Shown: positions 15,034 to 43,305, counted from the first letter of the stretch. The stretch is 64,000 nt of DNA from Chrysomallon squamiferum (GCA_012295275.1 CM022678.1:17484001-17548000); one strand, 5' to 3'. Numbers and translations are program-made. The notes: generated from the letters alone by a model not told the origin.

Positions 15034-15215
15034 CTCTCTCTCAGCGTTTTTTATTTTTATTAATACATTCTCATTGTAACGTTTCTAGAGAAAAAGAAAC
15101 GGCAAAAGCTCGGCTAAGGATGAAAATGCGACGACTGGACCCGGAATATCGCGAACAAGAACGAAGACGTGATCGTGATAGGCGAAGACAGGCGAGACTG
15201 AAAAGTTGTGTTTGA
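11929..15215 (+). CDS. Uncharacterised ~523-aa protein: N-terminal 12-aa repeats, low-complexity middle, basic/charged 21-aa helical repeats at the C-terminus (STPR-like, possibly nucleic-acid binding)
   Basis: Exons 11929-11941 (MKRQ, phase 1, G|GTAAGA), 12717-13977, 14787-14957, 15089-15215; phases consistent (1572 nt). C-terminus KRERDRLKKRVMRANPEYREKETAKARLRMKMRRLDPEYREQERRRDRDRRRQARLKSCV*. AATAAA at 15234; ETS-like ACTTCCGG at 11639. The first exon and the exact acceptor of the large exon are less certain. Confidence 0.75.
12764..13075 (+). repeat. 36-bp coding tandem repeat (12 aa), ~7-8 degenerate copies
   Basis: DKQSRDHLSPAS / DKRKHSHQSSAN / DKQLHNHLSSAD / DKASRNHLSPAN / DKQPHNRLSSAF ... 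DKRKQKCLSSAF / DKQKYYCQSSAV. Confidence 0.85.
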
Positions 15216-15276
15216 ACTTTGACCTTTAGAACGAATAAATGAATTTTACGTGTAAATATTATAAGTTTTTCATGAT

Positions 15277-15318
<42 letters not shown>

Positions 15319-16570
15319 TAAATAACTTAAAATTACTGTTATATTATTATTATTATTATTAATCTTACATCATTCATACGAATTTATTTTGTCATGAAAA
15401 ACATATAATGTACAAATATATCAAAGTGTGCTTAATATAATTACATGACGTAATATAAATAATTTAGCCAGTTTTATATTTTATATTGTGACAGGAATAT
15501 ACTAAAATCAAGGAATTCTGTTAGTGCATAGAATACTGTACAAAATACATATACCTATAGGCAAATAAACACGTACACACAAACGCATACACGCACACGA
15601 TATATAAATTCATGTAATACAAACCTTGACCCTCCTCTTGGTCAGTGAACTGTTGAGTCATCATTGCAATGATCGCTTCAGGGAAGTCCGGCAGGTGTCG
15701 CTTCTTTTGGGAGATAATCGAAATTATTAAAAAAAAAAGTTATTTTGTTCCGTGTTCGTTATGTGTATTTCTACATATTTCATCATATAGACTTTTTATT
15801 TGTTCTTCATTCTTCTTTATTTTTTGTTTTCATTTTTTTATTTCTGATAATTAAAATTTAGCGAGAGAGAGAGAGAGAGAGAGAGAGTGTGTTAATTTCT
15901 GTGCCATGTTTTCTTTCTGTCTCCCACGCATACATACTCATACCAGCAAACCAGTTAAAGAACGTAAATACAATTATACATAGTGCGTAACCGAAATAGA
16001 TATCCGCATTTCAGAGGCATTATTTTTATATATATATCTGAATTTTTTGCATATTTGTACAAGTCATTTATCAATCCCACAGTTCGAACGCTAAAGAACA
16101 GACGCCACTCTAATTGTCTGATCGTGACGTCACAGCTCGCGACCCCCGGCCTGACGAACAGGAAAAAGCGAGAAAGCGTTCGGAAATGACAATTATAAAA
16201 TAATTTAAACTATTCCACGTAATGGGAAATCATCGCAAATCTCACCGAAGATAAATTTTTATCTCGCCAAGCTGTCTGCGATACGGCGGCAGGAGTCGGA
16301 ATCGATCTGTGATGTATTTTCGTGAAGCACGTTTTGTCGAAAGTCTTTATGATTAATTCATTAGAAGATAATGACGAAAACATTTTATTACTCCTTCTTT
16401 CTTTCTTTCTTTCGTTCTTTCTTTCAGCTTCTTCTTCTTTGAAAGTTGTGTGAATGTCTGACATAAGAGATAATTAAACTGATCTGATAAAAAGTAATAA
16501 TTTTTTCACTCCATAGTTACCTACTTACGTGATTATATGCCAGCTAAATTTTATTTTAATTAAATTATTT

Positions 16571-16615
<45 letters not shown>

Positions 16616-16799
16616 TGGTTTCTTTACATTTATTCTTCCTATTTTCTCCATCTTTGTCTTCTTGTTGTTTCTGCTACTACAACTACTACTATTGCTGCTG
16701 CTGCTTGTTACTGTTGTTGCTGTTTGTCCTTTTTCTTCTTATTTTTCTTCATCTCTGTCTTACAGTTGTTGTTATTGTTACTACTACTTGTACTATTGC

Positions 16800-16858
<59 letters not shown>

Positions 16859-16972
16859 TATTATTTATTTATTGATTTCTTTATATTTATTCTTCTTATT
16901 TTTTTCTCATCTTTATCTTGTTGTGGTAGTTGTTATTGTTACCGCTGTTATTTGAACTAGTACTAATGCTGT

Positions 16973-17013
<41 letters not shown>

Positions 17014-17096
17014 TAACTGCTACTGCTGCAGCTGCTTTTGTTGCTACTGCTACTACTACGTTGTCCATAGTTATGAAAATTAATCCAGATTTACCT

Positions 17097-17198
17097 GTTG
17101 ACATGGTAACCTACACACATCAATCTTGATACAAAGACACGGACGTTGTTTGTTTCCGCGATATATGCAAAGTGCCTAGCAACCGTTGTCATGAAAAC
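17097..17198. promoter_or_regulatory. Cluster of RFX X-box-like motifs
   Basis: GTTGACATGGTAAC (17097-17110), GTGCCTAGCAAC (17172-17183) and GTTGTCATGAAAAC (17185-17198) resemble the RFX palindrome GTTGCCATGGCAAC. Confidence 0.45.
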
Positions 17199-17300
17199 TG
17201 CTTTACGCCGTTATATAAATATTTCTGACATGATTTGAATTTTATTCAGTTGAAGACACTTAAAAGTATACATAAATTTTCCTGCTGCTGCTAAACATAC

Positions 17301-17334
<34 letters not shown>

Positions 17335-18134
17335 TTACAGATATACATACATACATACATATTTTTATGACTGACAAAGCAAAATAAAAACATGACAAAA
17401 CAAATTAAAAAAATGTCACTGACAGTTTTAGTAAATCTGTCGTTCTCAATGTACATATGTGTGTGTGCGATCGCGCACATGCATCAAACGTACGTACTAG
17501 CAGAAACAAATACTAATCTGTGAACACATATTTAGAACCAACAAAAATTAGTTCAATGAATTCACCAGCACGAACAAGCCTGGGACATTCAACCGGTGCA
17601 ACAGATTTTTTGTTTACTGTGACAACTTTATCCAAACATATATTCATTACGGAGTGCGTAGTAATGTTGAACGATGACTGTGCGACTCCAGAAGAGGCGC
17701 GGTTCGAGTCTTTGATACAGTCACGTGTAGAGTATTTAAACTGAACACCGGAATGACGATCTTACCAGGCCGAGCAAATATTAGAGTTGTCTTCTCATTT
17801 CTTTTTAATGTTGATATAAACGGAATTTTTCCGATTTGTTATTTATTTACAGATGTTTTATGGTTTTCCGATTTACTGACCCCCACCCACGTTCCTTTTT
17901 TTTTTTTTTTTTTTTTACTTTTTTTTTTTTTATATTCTTGGTACAGTTAAATGTAATTTATATTAACCGTTTGTTTACAACGCTATTTTTTTAGTTAGTT
18001 AGCTCATTTGTTTATTTATATATATTTGTTTGTTTTGATATGATTAACTGTATTATGAAAGGGAGAAGGAGAGTTAGAGACAGAGAGCGAAAAAGAGAGA
18101 GAAAACGAAAAGAGGGGCAGAGAGAGAGAGGCAG

Positions 18135-18178
<44 letters not shown>

Positions 18179-19136
18179 CCTTTAAATAAGTAAATATTCC
18201 GGAAAATAAATTGAGAATATATTTAAAGTAAATGTCCGGGGCGAAGGGGAATAAATAAATCAATACATAAAAAACTTAAACATCAAGACGTTTTATAAAT
18301 CGTTACAATTAAATTGATTTGTATGATTGAAGCTTTAGCCCTAGCGGACGGCCGCTACGGGCACTACATGTCCGATACAATAATCTATTATGTATTCCGG
18401 TGTCATTATTAGGGTTGCTTTGTGGTTAATTACGATGTTTCCTGTAACCAGGGCAATAGCTTCGAGATGCCTAGCCTTAACTGAAGTACACTGCGCCCAA
18501 ATATTTTTACAGGAAGACAAATACTTCCGAAGAAGAAGAAGAAGAAGAAGAAGAAGAAGAAGAAGAAGAAGAAGAAGAAGAAGAAGAAGAAAAGAAAAGA
18601 AGAAAGAAAGAAAGAAAAAAGAAAGAAAAAAAGAAAAAAGAAGATGAGAAGTAAAAATAAAACTTTATAGTTAATACTTTTCAGAATACTGACGGTGATG
18701 ATGCAATTATAATTTTCTTTGTTAATTAATTTAGTCGCTATTACTAAGCGTTTGTTTTTATCTTAATCTATCTTTCAGCTGTATCTGATTGCGCTTACGT
18801 GCGTGTGTGGGTGTGGGTGTGACTGTGGGTGTGTTTGTGGACACTAGCAGTCTCGCATACTCTGTCTGTTGTGGATTTTATTTCACTGTGTATTATTCTT
18901 TCCAGGAGATGAAGTAAATCTTGAAAACTATTAATGCGCACTGGGTGGTTCATTAAAACGTAGCGTGCCATTAAAAAATCACTTAGCAGGAGGTAAAGAG
19001 GAAAAATATTTGTTTCTGTAATCAATAAAACTAGCAGACCTTTTAAAATAACAGGATTTCAGTATATATGTAAAGATAATGGAGAAAAAATGAAGATTTT
19101 CGTAAAATGTCTTCTAGGCTTTTTCTTTGAAAGCAT

Positions 19137-19251
<115 letters not shown>

Positions 19252-20167
19252 ATACAAATATAAAATAATAAAACGAGAAAAACAACAAAAATTAAAACTA
19301 CCTGTACTCTAATAATAATAAGAAGAAGAAAAAGCCGACGAAGACGACGAAGAAGAAGAACAACAACAACAACGCAAACATACACGTTTATAGTTTGAAA
19401 GACGTATTAATGAAGAAAAATAAAGAAAGAGGAAGAAAAGAAGAAGAAAAAAGAAAAGAAAAAGGAGAAACAACAAAAGACAATGGGGTAAGTGTTTTTA
19501 ATATTAAAGCAAAACAGTCAGATATATGTAAACAGAAAACAGCGGATAAACACGTCTTATTAGCGTTTGGGTACACAGCGACAAGCCCCGCACTATTTGC
19601 TAAGAGATTACACGAAAACAGGTGAAGACGGCTTATACAGTTGTTAACCACGCATAAGTCAATGTTTTCTTTTTTCCTTTCTTGACTTATTTATTTTGCC
19701 ATACCCGGAATTGTTAAAAAAAAAAAAAAAAAAAAAAATCACCAGACAACATTAAAGATGGTTTCTACCCGAATGCGTTATGATTATTTTGAATCTGACT
19801 CACGTCTGCTTACAAAACTCGACATTGGCGGCTACTTAAACCGCCCGTGGACTGATCGTTCGCAGATTTTGGGCGGCGCAAACGACCGATGAACCCCGAG
19901 GCGATCCGAGTATTCCCGAAGAAATTTCAATATTCATTTCGACGCCTGATTGAGCCGGTAATAGTATATATCTTCAAACACTCGGAGGAGTTCGTTACAA
20001 ACAAAAGGATAACTCACTAAGGATAAGAAAAAAGAAAAAAAGAAAAGAAACAATGGATTTGAGATATATCGTGTATGGATTATTATTTGTTTTAAGACCG
20101 ACAGAAACACTACCCCGGTTTTTCTACGGATTTGGTGCTTCAGAGTATGTAAGTATTACAAATATAT

Positions 20168-20213
<46 letters not shown>

Positions 20214-20280
20214 ATCATTTATACATATATAAAGACACTTATGTATATACATGAAGTATGTATATGTACGTGTGCGTGTA

Positions 20281-20315
<35 letters not shown>

Positions 20316-20447
20316 TAAATACTTGTATAAAAATACACACACAGACACACACAAACACACATATATTATGTAGATATACAATACAGAAGCCTATACATTT
20401 ATATTATCATCATCATCATAATCTTTGTCGTCGTTATTATATTTATC

Positions 20448-20490
<43 letters not shown>

Positions 20491-20554
20491 AACAACATTT
20501 ATAAATAAATAAACATATGTACAGACATGTATACTTAAAGAAAATATTATTATT

Positions 20555-20585
<31 letters not shown>

Positions 20586-20978
20586 AAGATAGACACACAT
20601 ACACTAACACGTATACAAATACTTAAATACTAGTATAAAAATACACACACACACACACACAGACATATATATATATATATATAAAAACACACAAGCATAC
20701 ACTTTTACATAATTATTATTATGATTATCGTCATCATCATCATCATCACAATTGTTGTCTTTATAATAATAATAATCATACCGTTTAATTATGACGGCAG
20801 AAAAGAACGATACAGTATAGGTCAAAACAATAAATTACGAAAAAAACAAAAAGTAAGAATAAAAATAAAAATAAAAATCTTGCACTGAAAACACCCGATG
20901 CCGGAAGGGTATGTACGTGATAGAAATAAAAACGAGACATTCACAATCTTACTGGTTTCTCCTTTATTCACAAAAGAT

Positions 20979-21030
<52 letters not shown>

Positions 21031-21183
21031 TGTATAATTTCATAGTTCAGTTGGTATCTGGTCTATTTGTTCTATTTTCTTATATTATATTATGTTATTT
21101 TATGATATGTTATATTATATTATACATGTACTATGCTATTCAGTGTTATATTATGAAATAATATACTACTGATCATTTTATAA

Positions 21184-21222
<39 letters not shown>

Positions 21223-21890
21223 TATTATATTACTATTATGATTATGATTATTACTATTACTATTATTACTAGTATCATTATTACTATTACTATCATTGTT
21301 ATTATAACTATTACTATTATTATCGTCATCGTCAAAGACATTTGTGTATACTTTAATTTAATTTAATGTATTTTTTGTTTATTATTATTATTTTTATTTT
21401 ATTTACTAAATTTATTTCCCCTTAAAATTAAATTAAAAGTAGAAAGAAAATAATTACAACAACGACAACGACAATATCAACAACAGTAATAATCATTATT
21501 ATAACAATTGCAATAATAAAAATGATAATAATAATTATATAACAGTAGTAATAATAATAATAATAATAATAATCAGAAGAAGAAGAAGAAGAAGAAAAAC
21601 CACAAGAACAATAATAAAATAATAGCAATAATCATAATGAAATGTTTTTAGAAGAAATAAATATAAATAAAATAAAATGAAATAAAATAAAAGAAAGGAG
21701 TGAAAATCCATGAATGTATTCTAGTTTAAATCATCTCAGTTTTAATTCTTAAGTCTGCCATAAAAATGCATACTTCAACTACACGTGAGTTTGTCTCTTT
21801 TGTGTAAATCCTAATGCGTGAAGCGATGCGTGTAAATCTAGGTTCAGAAAAGGGAATTACAGAAGGCAAAATCATTGTCAGTGAGTGCAC

Positions 21891-21935
<45 letters not shown>

Positions 21936-22145
21936 CGTACACACAGACACGCACTCTGTATATATTGTGTGTGCGTCTGTTTGTATCTGTGTGTGTATGT
22001 GTTTAGTAGATAAACTATTTTTACCTGTCTTCATTCTTTTTATTTATTTATTTATTTATTTATTTGTCATCATAATAATCATCATCATCATGATCATCAT
22101 GTTATGTCTGTTTGTTATTATTGGTATTATTAATGGCGGTACTGT

Positions 22146-22190
<45 letters not shown>

Positions 22191-22198
22191 TGTTATTA

Positions 22199-22242
<44 letters not shown>

Positions 22243-22587
22243 ACTATTACTACTACTACTACTACTATTATTCATTGTGTTGTTTCTCACATTAAATTTA
22301 GTAATGTAACACACAATACAGTGAGATAGTTAAAAAGATAACATACATATTTACATACATACACACATATATATTATATAACATTTAATAACACTTGTTG
22401 ATAACCAAATTGATATTTCAAATCTATATTAGTTTATTTCTAATTTCAATAACGTTTCGCATCACAAGATCTGAATCACAGAAATACGAACGTTCGAAAT
22501 TAATGTATTTTTCTGTTTGTTTTTTCCATTTTAGTTAAATATGCTTCACTTATTTTAACTTGTTTACTATATATATATTATTATTAT

Positions 22588-22625
<38 letters not shown>

Positions 22626-24294
22626 TATTTTATTATACTCACCATTATATAAATATTTGACAAACAAAATTGTTCAGTGATTTATTAATGAACAGGTGTT
22701 GAAATAAAATTAGCAATGGTGCCTAATTCATCGGTTATGAAAAACGACTTTTGATTGGCCATTCATTAATTTGGAAAAGAGAAAAACGTATGAACGAGAA
22801 ATTTTATAAAGTGATAAAATTGGTAGTAATTATCTTAAGCAATGCAGTAAATTAATAAATAAAGAAAAACAGGATTTTATCATGTAAATCTGTCCAAAAA
22901 TTACACGAACAAGCAATTACGAACAACGTATGAGTATTATTTGAAAACATTGTTTTAACTTCAAGCCAATCAAATGCTGAGATTCCAAAAACCTGACCTA
23001 ATGTTGAAAGGTCAAATCTATATTTATACATTTAAATCCACGAATATATCAGTCTGCATAATAAATAAAATTTTAAAGTTTATTATTGAAGGCATAATAA
23101 ACAGTTACTTTTAGCTTTATTTTGACGACTTAGCATATTTCAAAAAAGTTTCACTTTTAACGAGAAATTCATGAAAAAATATTTATATACGTAATCAAAA
23201 ATATTCCTTTTTGCTCTTTCTTAGGATTAGTCAGTGGACAGGCGTCTGCGGGTTCTGTTTGTCTAACATTTAATTATTAAAATAACATTAGTGACGTAGG
23301 GATAAACAAGCGTCCATTAATTTTCTTTCGTTTTAATTCCCTTCTTTTTCGTAGCTCGCATTCAAACGTTTTATGCAATTCTAATTTTCAAAACATACTA
23401 GATTTAAAATACTACATTTTTTTGTATTGTATGTATATTAAGAGTGCCCTGCATTTTTCTGATTCCTAATTTTCAGTATACCCTTCATTTTTAAATATAT
23501 CGTACATTTACAATATATGCTACTTTTTTGAATCATAATTTTTCAAAATATGCCCGATTATACCACATTTTCTGTGTATCCTACGGCCTCAGTGTATCCT
23601 TTGTTCTACAGAATCCTAATTTTCAGTACCGTTTTTTAATCAGCTTATGCTACATGTACAGTTCAGTGTATACTACATTCTACGGAATCCTAATTTTCAG
23701 TATCGTTTCTTTATCATATTATACGTCCTATATGTTAAACAAATCCTTTTCAGCACGAATTATGATTTACTTATGTCCTACTTTTTCAAAAAGTCCTACA
23801 GTATTAAAAATCTTACATTCCTTAACATTTACTAAGTGGACAATCCCCAGACAACAGATCTGCATGTAGAATCTTTCTGTGTTTCATATCAGTCGAAATA
23901 AACAATTTCCCCAGGCTTTTTTTTTTTTTTTTTTTTTTTTTTTTCCAATCCGGTGATTTTTTTTTTTTTTTTTCCCATGACGGAATTTCACGCTTGAGAT
24001 TTTCATCAACGATAAAACCAGTATGACACTTTTATTTCAGACCGTTTAATATCTGACAGTTGCGACTTCTTTTTTTTTTTTTTTTTTTCTTTTCCTATCA
24101 GAATAACATATTACGTTTTTTGTTTCTAGCGATATTTAAAAAAAAAAAAAAAAAAATTCTTTACTTATTGTTTCTCGCCATTGTCTGAACTGTGTATTAA
24201 CATAACTGTGTATGATAGTACGTGTGTGAAAGAGAGAAAGAGAGAGAGATAGAGAGTGTATTTGTATGAGAAAGAGTTATTAAGAGTGTGTGTG

Positions 24295-24479
<185 letters not shown>

Positions 24480-25135
24480 GTGCAGGGATTTATGTATGTC
24501 TGCATATTTATATGTATACATTCATCTATCTATCTTTCCATCTATCTATCTTTCCATCTATCTATCTATCCATCTCTCTGTCTCTATGTACCTATTCTAT
24601 TCTATCATTTGTCTGAACGCATGGCTGTCTGCCTGTCTGTGTGTATGTCCGTCTGTCTGTCTGTCTCTCCGTCTGTCTTTCAGTCGCTTTGTTTCTCTAT
24701 TAATCTTCGGAGACACATTTCTGCCTTGATGAGAGCGTTTTTCTGTTAACATATGTGTACATGACTTTATCTGTATATGTAGTTAATTTAGATACATACA
24801 CACAATACAATACAATACAATACAATACAATACAATATAATATAACAAAGCATAACATATATCTAAATACGTCAAACGAGAAATTGGCGCATGATTTTTA
24901 ATTTTTAATTTTAATAATCTAAGACTTTCAATTATTTCTACTGTCATCAATCCACCTGTCATACTTTTATTAAAAATACAATAAAAGTTTTTTTTACAAG
25001 CAGTTAAACTGTCACATAGGAATTCACCTCCAGGCAGATTTGTGTCTTCACGCAAAAGAAAAAAAAAAAAGAAATCTCAAGATTTAGACACATATCTATC
25101 TATACATTCCTTTCCTTTCCTTCTCGTTTTCTGGT

Positions 25136-25172
<37 letters not shown>

Positions 25173-25507
25173 CATTTGCATCATTGTTACTTAGACGTTG
25201 TGACAGTGAAAGACAGATTAAAAGTAAAAATGTCAGCGAGAGAAATAAAAATAAATTTTGCCCAAACTATTTGCTGACGAAGAGAGTGCTGAGAAAATGA
25301 AAAAACTCTTAAAGGAACAGAAAAAACAAAAAACAAACAAAAAAACAAAACAAAAAAAAACAGAATTTAGGAATCAGGGGTACGCCCAGGGTGGGTTGGA
25401 AAGGAGGAGGTGGGTGGGGGACAGGATTGTCTTAAGGCGTGGGTGGGTCTACTGGGTTGCTGATTAAGGGTCCTTTTGATCTAAGGCGACCGTGCTGCTG
25501 AGGCCCA

Positions 25508-25757
<250 letters not shown>

Positions 25758-26472
25758 TTTTTTTTTTTTTTTGTGCAATTGTATATGTAGGGGCTCCAGT
25801 GCAGTGCATTGCCCGGGGGTCCGTAATTTTGTTAAGCTGGCCTTGGATGTAGACGCTGTAAGCACTATGTTTTTCATTATCGTTTATTTCTTCACTGAGC
25901 TGAAGATGTTGTATTTTAAAATATCCCAGTCTGCTAATTTTTTACAGGGATTTACCAGTCCGAAATTTATACAAATTTAATATCTCGTATGTAATACAAT
26001 ATTTCCACTTGCTCTGTTGTCATGTAAACCTCTGTGACGTCGGACTAGCGGAGAAAGTGGACATACATTGGAAACTTAAAAAGTAAAAAAAAAAAATGGC
26101 TGCCTCTGCGTGCCTGTACTATTTTTTTATCGCCGTTTTAAGAAAAGAGAGATGGAAGCAAATAAATATGTTAAAATTAAAGTAGCAGGTGGTTTTTATA
26201 TTTTAAATAATGATTTTAATTTAATGATAGCATTTTTAATATGTCGATTACTTTCGTTTAATTTATTTCATCATCGTCATCTCCGTCATCATGTTCATCG
26301 GTAACATCATCATTATATATTTATTTTTATTATGGATATTTTTTAATAATGATGATGATGATGATGATGATAATAGTAATAATAATTATTACTATTATAA
26401 TTATAATAATAATAATAATTATTATTATTATTATTAATATTAATATTATTATTATTATTATTTTTATTATTA

Positions 26473-26529
<57 letters not shown>

Positions 26530-27197
26530 TCATTATTATTATTATTATTATTATTATCATCATCATCAGCATCAGCATCACATTATCTCTATTGACAGCC
26601 ATTCAATTTAGTTTTTTTTTCTGCAGTTCTAATAAATATTCGTCTATTCATAAACTTATTTATAGAAATTAGAATAATTTTATGTGACAGATAATAACGT
26701 TTTCCTTTTCCGTTTTATTTTCTTTTTTGGCTTTTTCTTTTCTTTACTTATTTTTCAGATTTTATTTATATTACCATCTTTGTTACTTTCAATATTTCAC
26801 TTTATACCTGACTTGTGTTCGTGTTGGTGTACGCGAAAATAAAAAAAAAAAAAAAAAAAAATCTAATAAAAGAAAAGAAAAGAAATTTAAAAAAAGAAAG
26901 AGGAAGAAATTACGTTTTCCTCTTTCTAACCAAAGAATGAATTTCGTGACAAATTTTCGTCTTTGCGTTTCCTGTTTTCCGGGCTCAGGGAATTAATGCT
27001 CTGATTTAGTTCTAATTATACTCACATAAAAATGTATCTGTCTCTCTGTCTGTCTGTCTGTCTGTCAGTGTTTCTGTCTGTCACTCTTTGTCTGTCTGTC
27101 TGTCAGTGTTTCTGTCTGTCACTCTGTCTGTCGTTTCTCTTTGTCCGTTCGTCCGTGTTTTTTTCTAAGGTTACATATTTGTAAAATCTTTAAATTA

Positions 27198-27241
<44 letters not shown>

Positions 27242-27967
27242 GTAAATAAATAAACAAACAAATAAGAAAACAAACAAAAAAGAAAGTAAGCAAATAAATA
27301 AATAAATAAATAAATAAATATATAAATAAATAAATAAATAGTAATAAACCAATATACAAATAAATAAAATGACAGGCATAAATAAAACAAGGACTAAAAG
27401 AATATTTATTATAGTTAAATCGTTACCAATAGCTGATAAATTAAAAATAAAATAAAATAAAATAAAATAAAATATCGATGGAGGTTAAACTAGCAGTTTT
27501 ACGGTACTGATTTTTAACAATGATACGATCACTCTGGAGGCAGCTGTTTTATTTTACCTCGCTAATTGTCAGTGTGTGCGCTGTCGTCGTTTGAAAGACG
27601 AGTTTTCACTTGACTTCTGAACCGTGTTTCAACGCCGGCGGCGATGTCGTTCAGTTTGAACCAACGACGTTCTCAAGCGGAAAGATATGAGTTAGAGATA
27701 ACGAAACGTCTGCCGTTCATTGATGAAATAAGTGTACAGAGTTAGCGAAATAAATAAACAAATAAATAAGTAAATAAATAAATAAGAGTAACAAAATAAA
27801 CAACAAAAACAACAACAACAACGACAGTAACATCATCAACAACAACAACAACAACAACAACAGCAATAATAATAATAATGATAAAAGTAAAGCTCAAGAT
27901 AGATTCGTAATCTCTCTCTCTCTCGTTTCATTTATTCTCTCTTTCTCTCTCTCTCTCTAGTTTCATT

Positions 27968-28060
<93 letters not shown>

Positions 28061-28772
28061 ATAAAAAAAACCTACGTACAGATTAATTGTCTCTCTTGGC
28101 TGAATGGGAGTGAATGATTGACAGGTTCGCTTCCAGTCACGCGTATATAAGTCAACAAAACACTAATTCTTAAATACGTATGTAATGTACGCAAGCACGC
28201 ACGTACGTACACGCAGAATGCTATATCGTAACGTCTATAAACAGAAAAAAATGAAAATCATATTTACTTATATCAATGCCTGTGCTTGATATTGTTATAT
28301 AATATATATTGTTATTATTGTTATTATTATTTATATGGCGTACCTCATCAGCATGCAGTTTGAGGCAAATGCCGGTATGTAGCAAGGACCTGATAACGAT
28401 CGGCACGAACGTATGACATGAGTTATTTCCCCTACAGCCACGCCATTATGCGCACTGCTACGCAGATATTACCTCCCTGTGACGTAAATTAAAATAATTC
28501 GCCACTGAATAATCAAATTCCGGCAGAACATAATATTACGAAGAATACCGATCAGATTAATAATGTTTATTACGTGTTATATTCCCAGATATTCGTATGT
28601 ATCTTTGTTTATAATTGGTTATTATGAAATTGATATATACATACATATATATATATATATGGATAGTTAATTATAATTCGATGATTTTATTTTTATTAGG
28701 CCATAATAATAAGGATAGTGATTATGTTTTAGTACCTTCATTTTTCCTTTTGTTTTCTCTTATTTTCTTCTT

Positions 28773-28803
<31 letters not shown>

Positions 28804-29027
28804 TTATTATTATTATTATTAATATAAATGACGTTGTTGTTGTAGTAGTTTTTGCTGTTGATATTTTTCGGAAATCTATTATATAATTCGCTGAACGCAT
28901 TTTAAATAATTATTTTGTTAGAAAGGCTTTTAAAACAAATATAAAAATTACTTTCACTGGCTTGTTTCAAACACGAACAGGCTTTCTTTTCCATAGTGCT
29001 TAGGCTGACATATTACGAAAGGAAACA

Positions 29028-29041
29028 GTTTCCATGGCAAC
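29028..29041. promoter_or_regulatory. RFX X-box-like motif
   Basis: GTTTCCATGGCAAC, a near-perfect X-box, 25 nt upstream of the astacin exon at 29067. Confidence 0.35.
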
Positions 29042-29066
29042 AGTAAAACATGATTATTATTTGCAG

Positions 29067-41498
<12,432 letters not shown>

Positions 41499-41805
41499 CA
41501 GACGACATTTTTTTTTTTTAAACAATTTGTTCGGTGTAAGTCGAAACAGAACGAAAACATGTTTAAACTTTTACGTTTAAATTAATATAATGCGAGACGA
41601 CAAACGTAAATCAGCTTAATTTATACAGGAAGCGAGATAACTTCCTTTGTATTTTCCACCATATGGAAAAGCACCGGATGAAAATGGAGGTGAAGAAAGA
41701 TAGAGTGTGTGTTAAATATAAGGTACAGGTGTTTTGACACTGAAATAAGTTTCCGATAAAAAATCGAAAACAGTTTAATACACCGTTGGCGACTGTATGA
41801 CACTG

Positions 41806-41913
<108 letters not shown>

Positions 41914-42298
41914 AATTGTTACGTTATGTCTATTTTATATTAATGTAAATGTCTGTCTACAGATACTCAGAATCAAACAAACATGAAAAAATAACGACAC
42001 ACACACACATACACACATATACACATATTAACATGCTTCCCAATAACATACATCTGTATATATATAATTCATTATAATCTAAAATGTTTTAAAACATGCA
42101 TAATATTTGCTTTTTCATTTACACATTTCTATTTGAAAACAATTATTATAAAAATTTTAATTATTTATCATTCGCAAATTAGTTATTTACTTATTTATTA
42201 GAAATGATGATGATGACGATGATGATGATGAAATGAGAATATTGCTGATAATAATAAAGTTGATGATGATGATAATATTAATATTAATAATATTAACA

Positions 42299-42356
<58 letters not shown>

Positions 42357-42855
42357 CAATAACAAAAACTTCAATCTCAAATGACAACAAAAATAATGAT
42401 GATAAATACATTTAAATAAAGACTAAAATCAGATTATTTCAAAATATTTAGACGATCTATTCATTTCGGCATCTGGCGGAGTGATACAAGAAAAAAGTTC
42501 ATTGCTTTCTCTTAATTCAGTGAATTCACGTTTGTTCCACTTTAAACTCGGTTATATGTACACAGCAAGGGTGCTTTAACCTTTACTGAATATACACACG
42601 TATGAAATATCACACCACACATTTCAGCAGTCTCGGTGATAGATCTATTTATAGTTCAGAACTTATATTAATTATTATCATGAACCGAGTGAAAACTTGA
42701 AACTCAGCCTGTACAGACCATTTGCATAAATTATACAATTCTCCTTTTTTAAAACATTATTCTACATGATATAATCTGCATAATTAATTATGAATTCGAT
42801 TTTGATAATTAAATATTTTATCAGCCATGTATAAATAAATATATGTGTGAGAGTG

Positions 42856-42886
<31 letters not shown>

Positions 42887-43258
42887 GTTTATTGTACGAA
42901 TTAAGTCCGACATTATGTTCGTCTGTTGGTCTAATTAAATATTTTGTCTGTACATAATTAACAACCTTATTGATATTTTCAAATGACTATTATTTGTAAA
43001 TAACTTTTATAACGTTATTTTGAGATATTTTTACTTTATAAATGTTTTTTTTTTTAATAATTATGTAATTTTTTTATACGTCATGGAATTCTATCATTTG
43101 TAAATAAACATTCATTAAAAAAAATATTGGTGTACATTTGATATATATAGGGGTATGTTTGCATATACGTATGTATGTATGTATGGATGTTTATCTGTAA
43201 ACATGTATACTTATCTGTATATGTGTGTATTTGTGTATGAGTTTGTACATATATATAT

Positions 43259-43305
<47 letters not shown>

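Noticed and set aside
27558-27745. GC-richer patch with short open frames on both strands
   Set aside because: Candidate exon readings contain stops or lack compatible splice sites; it could be regulatory or UTR but is unsupported.
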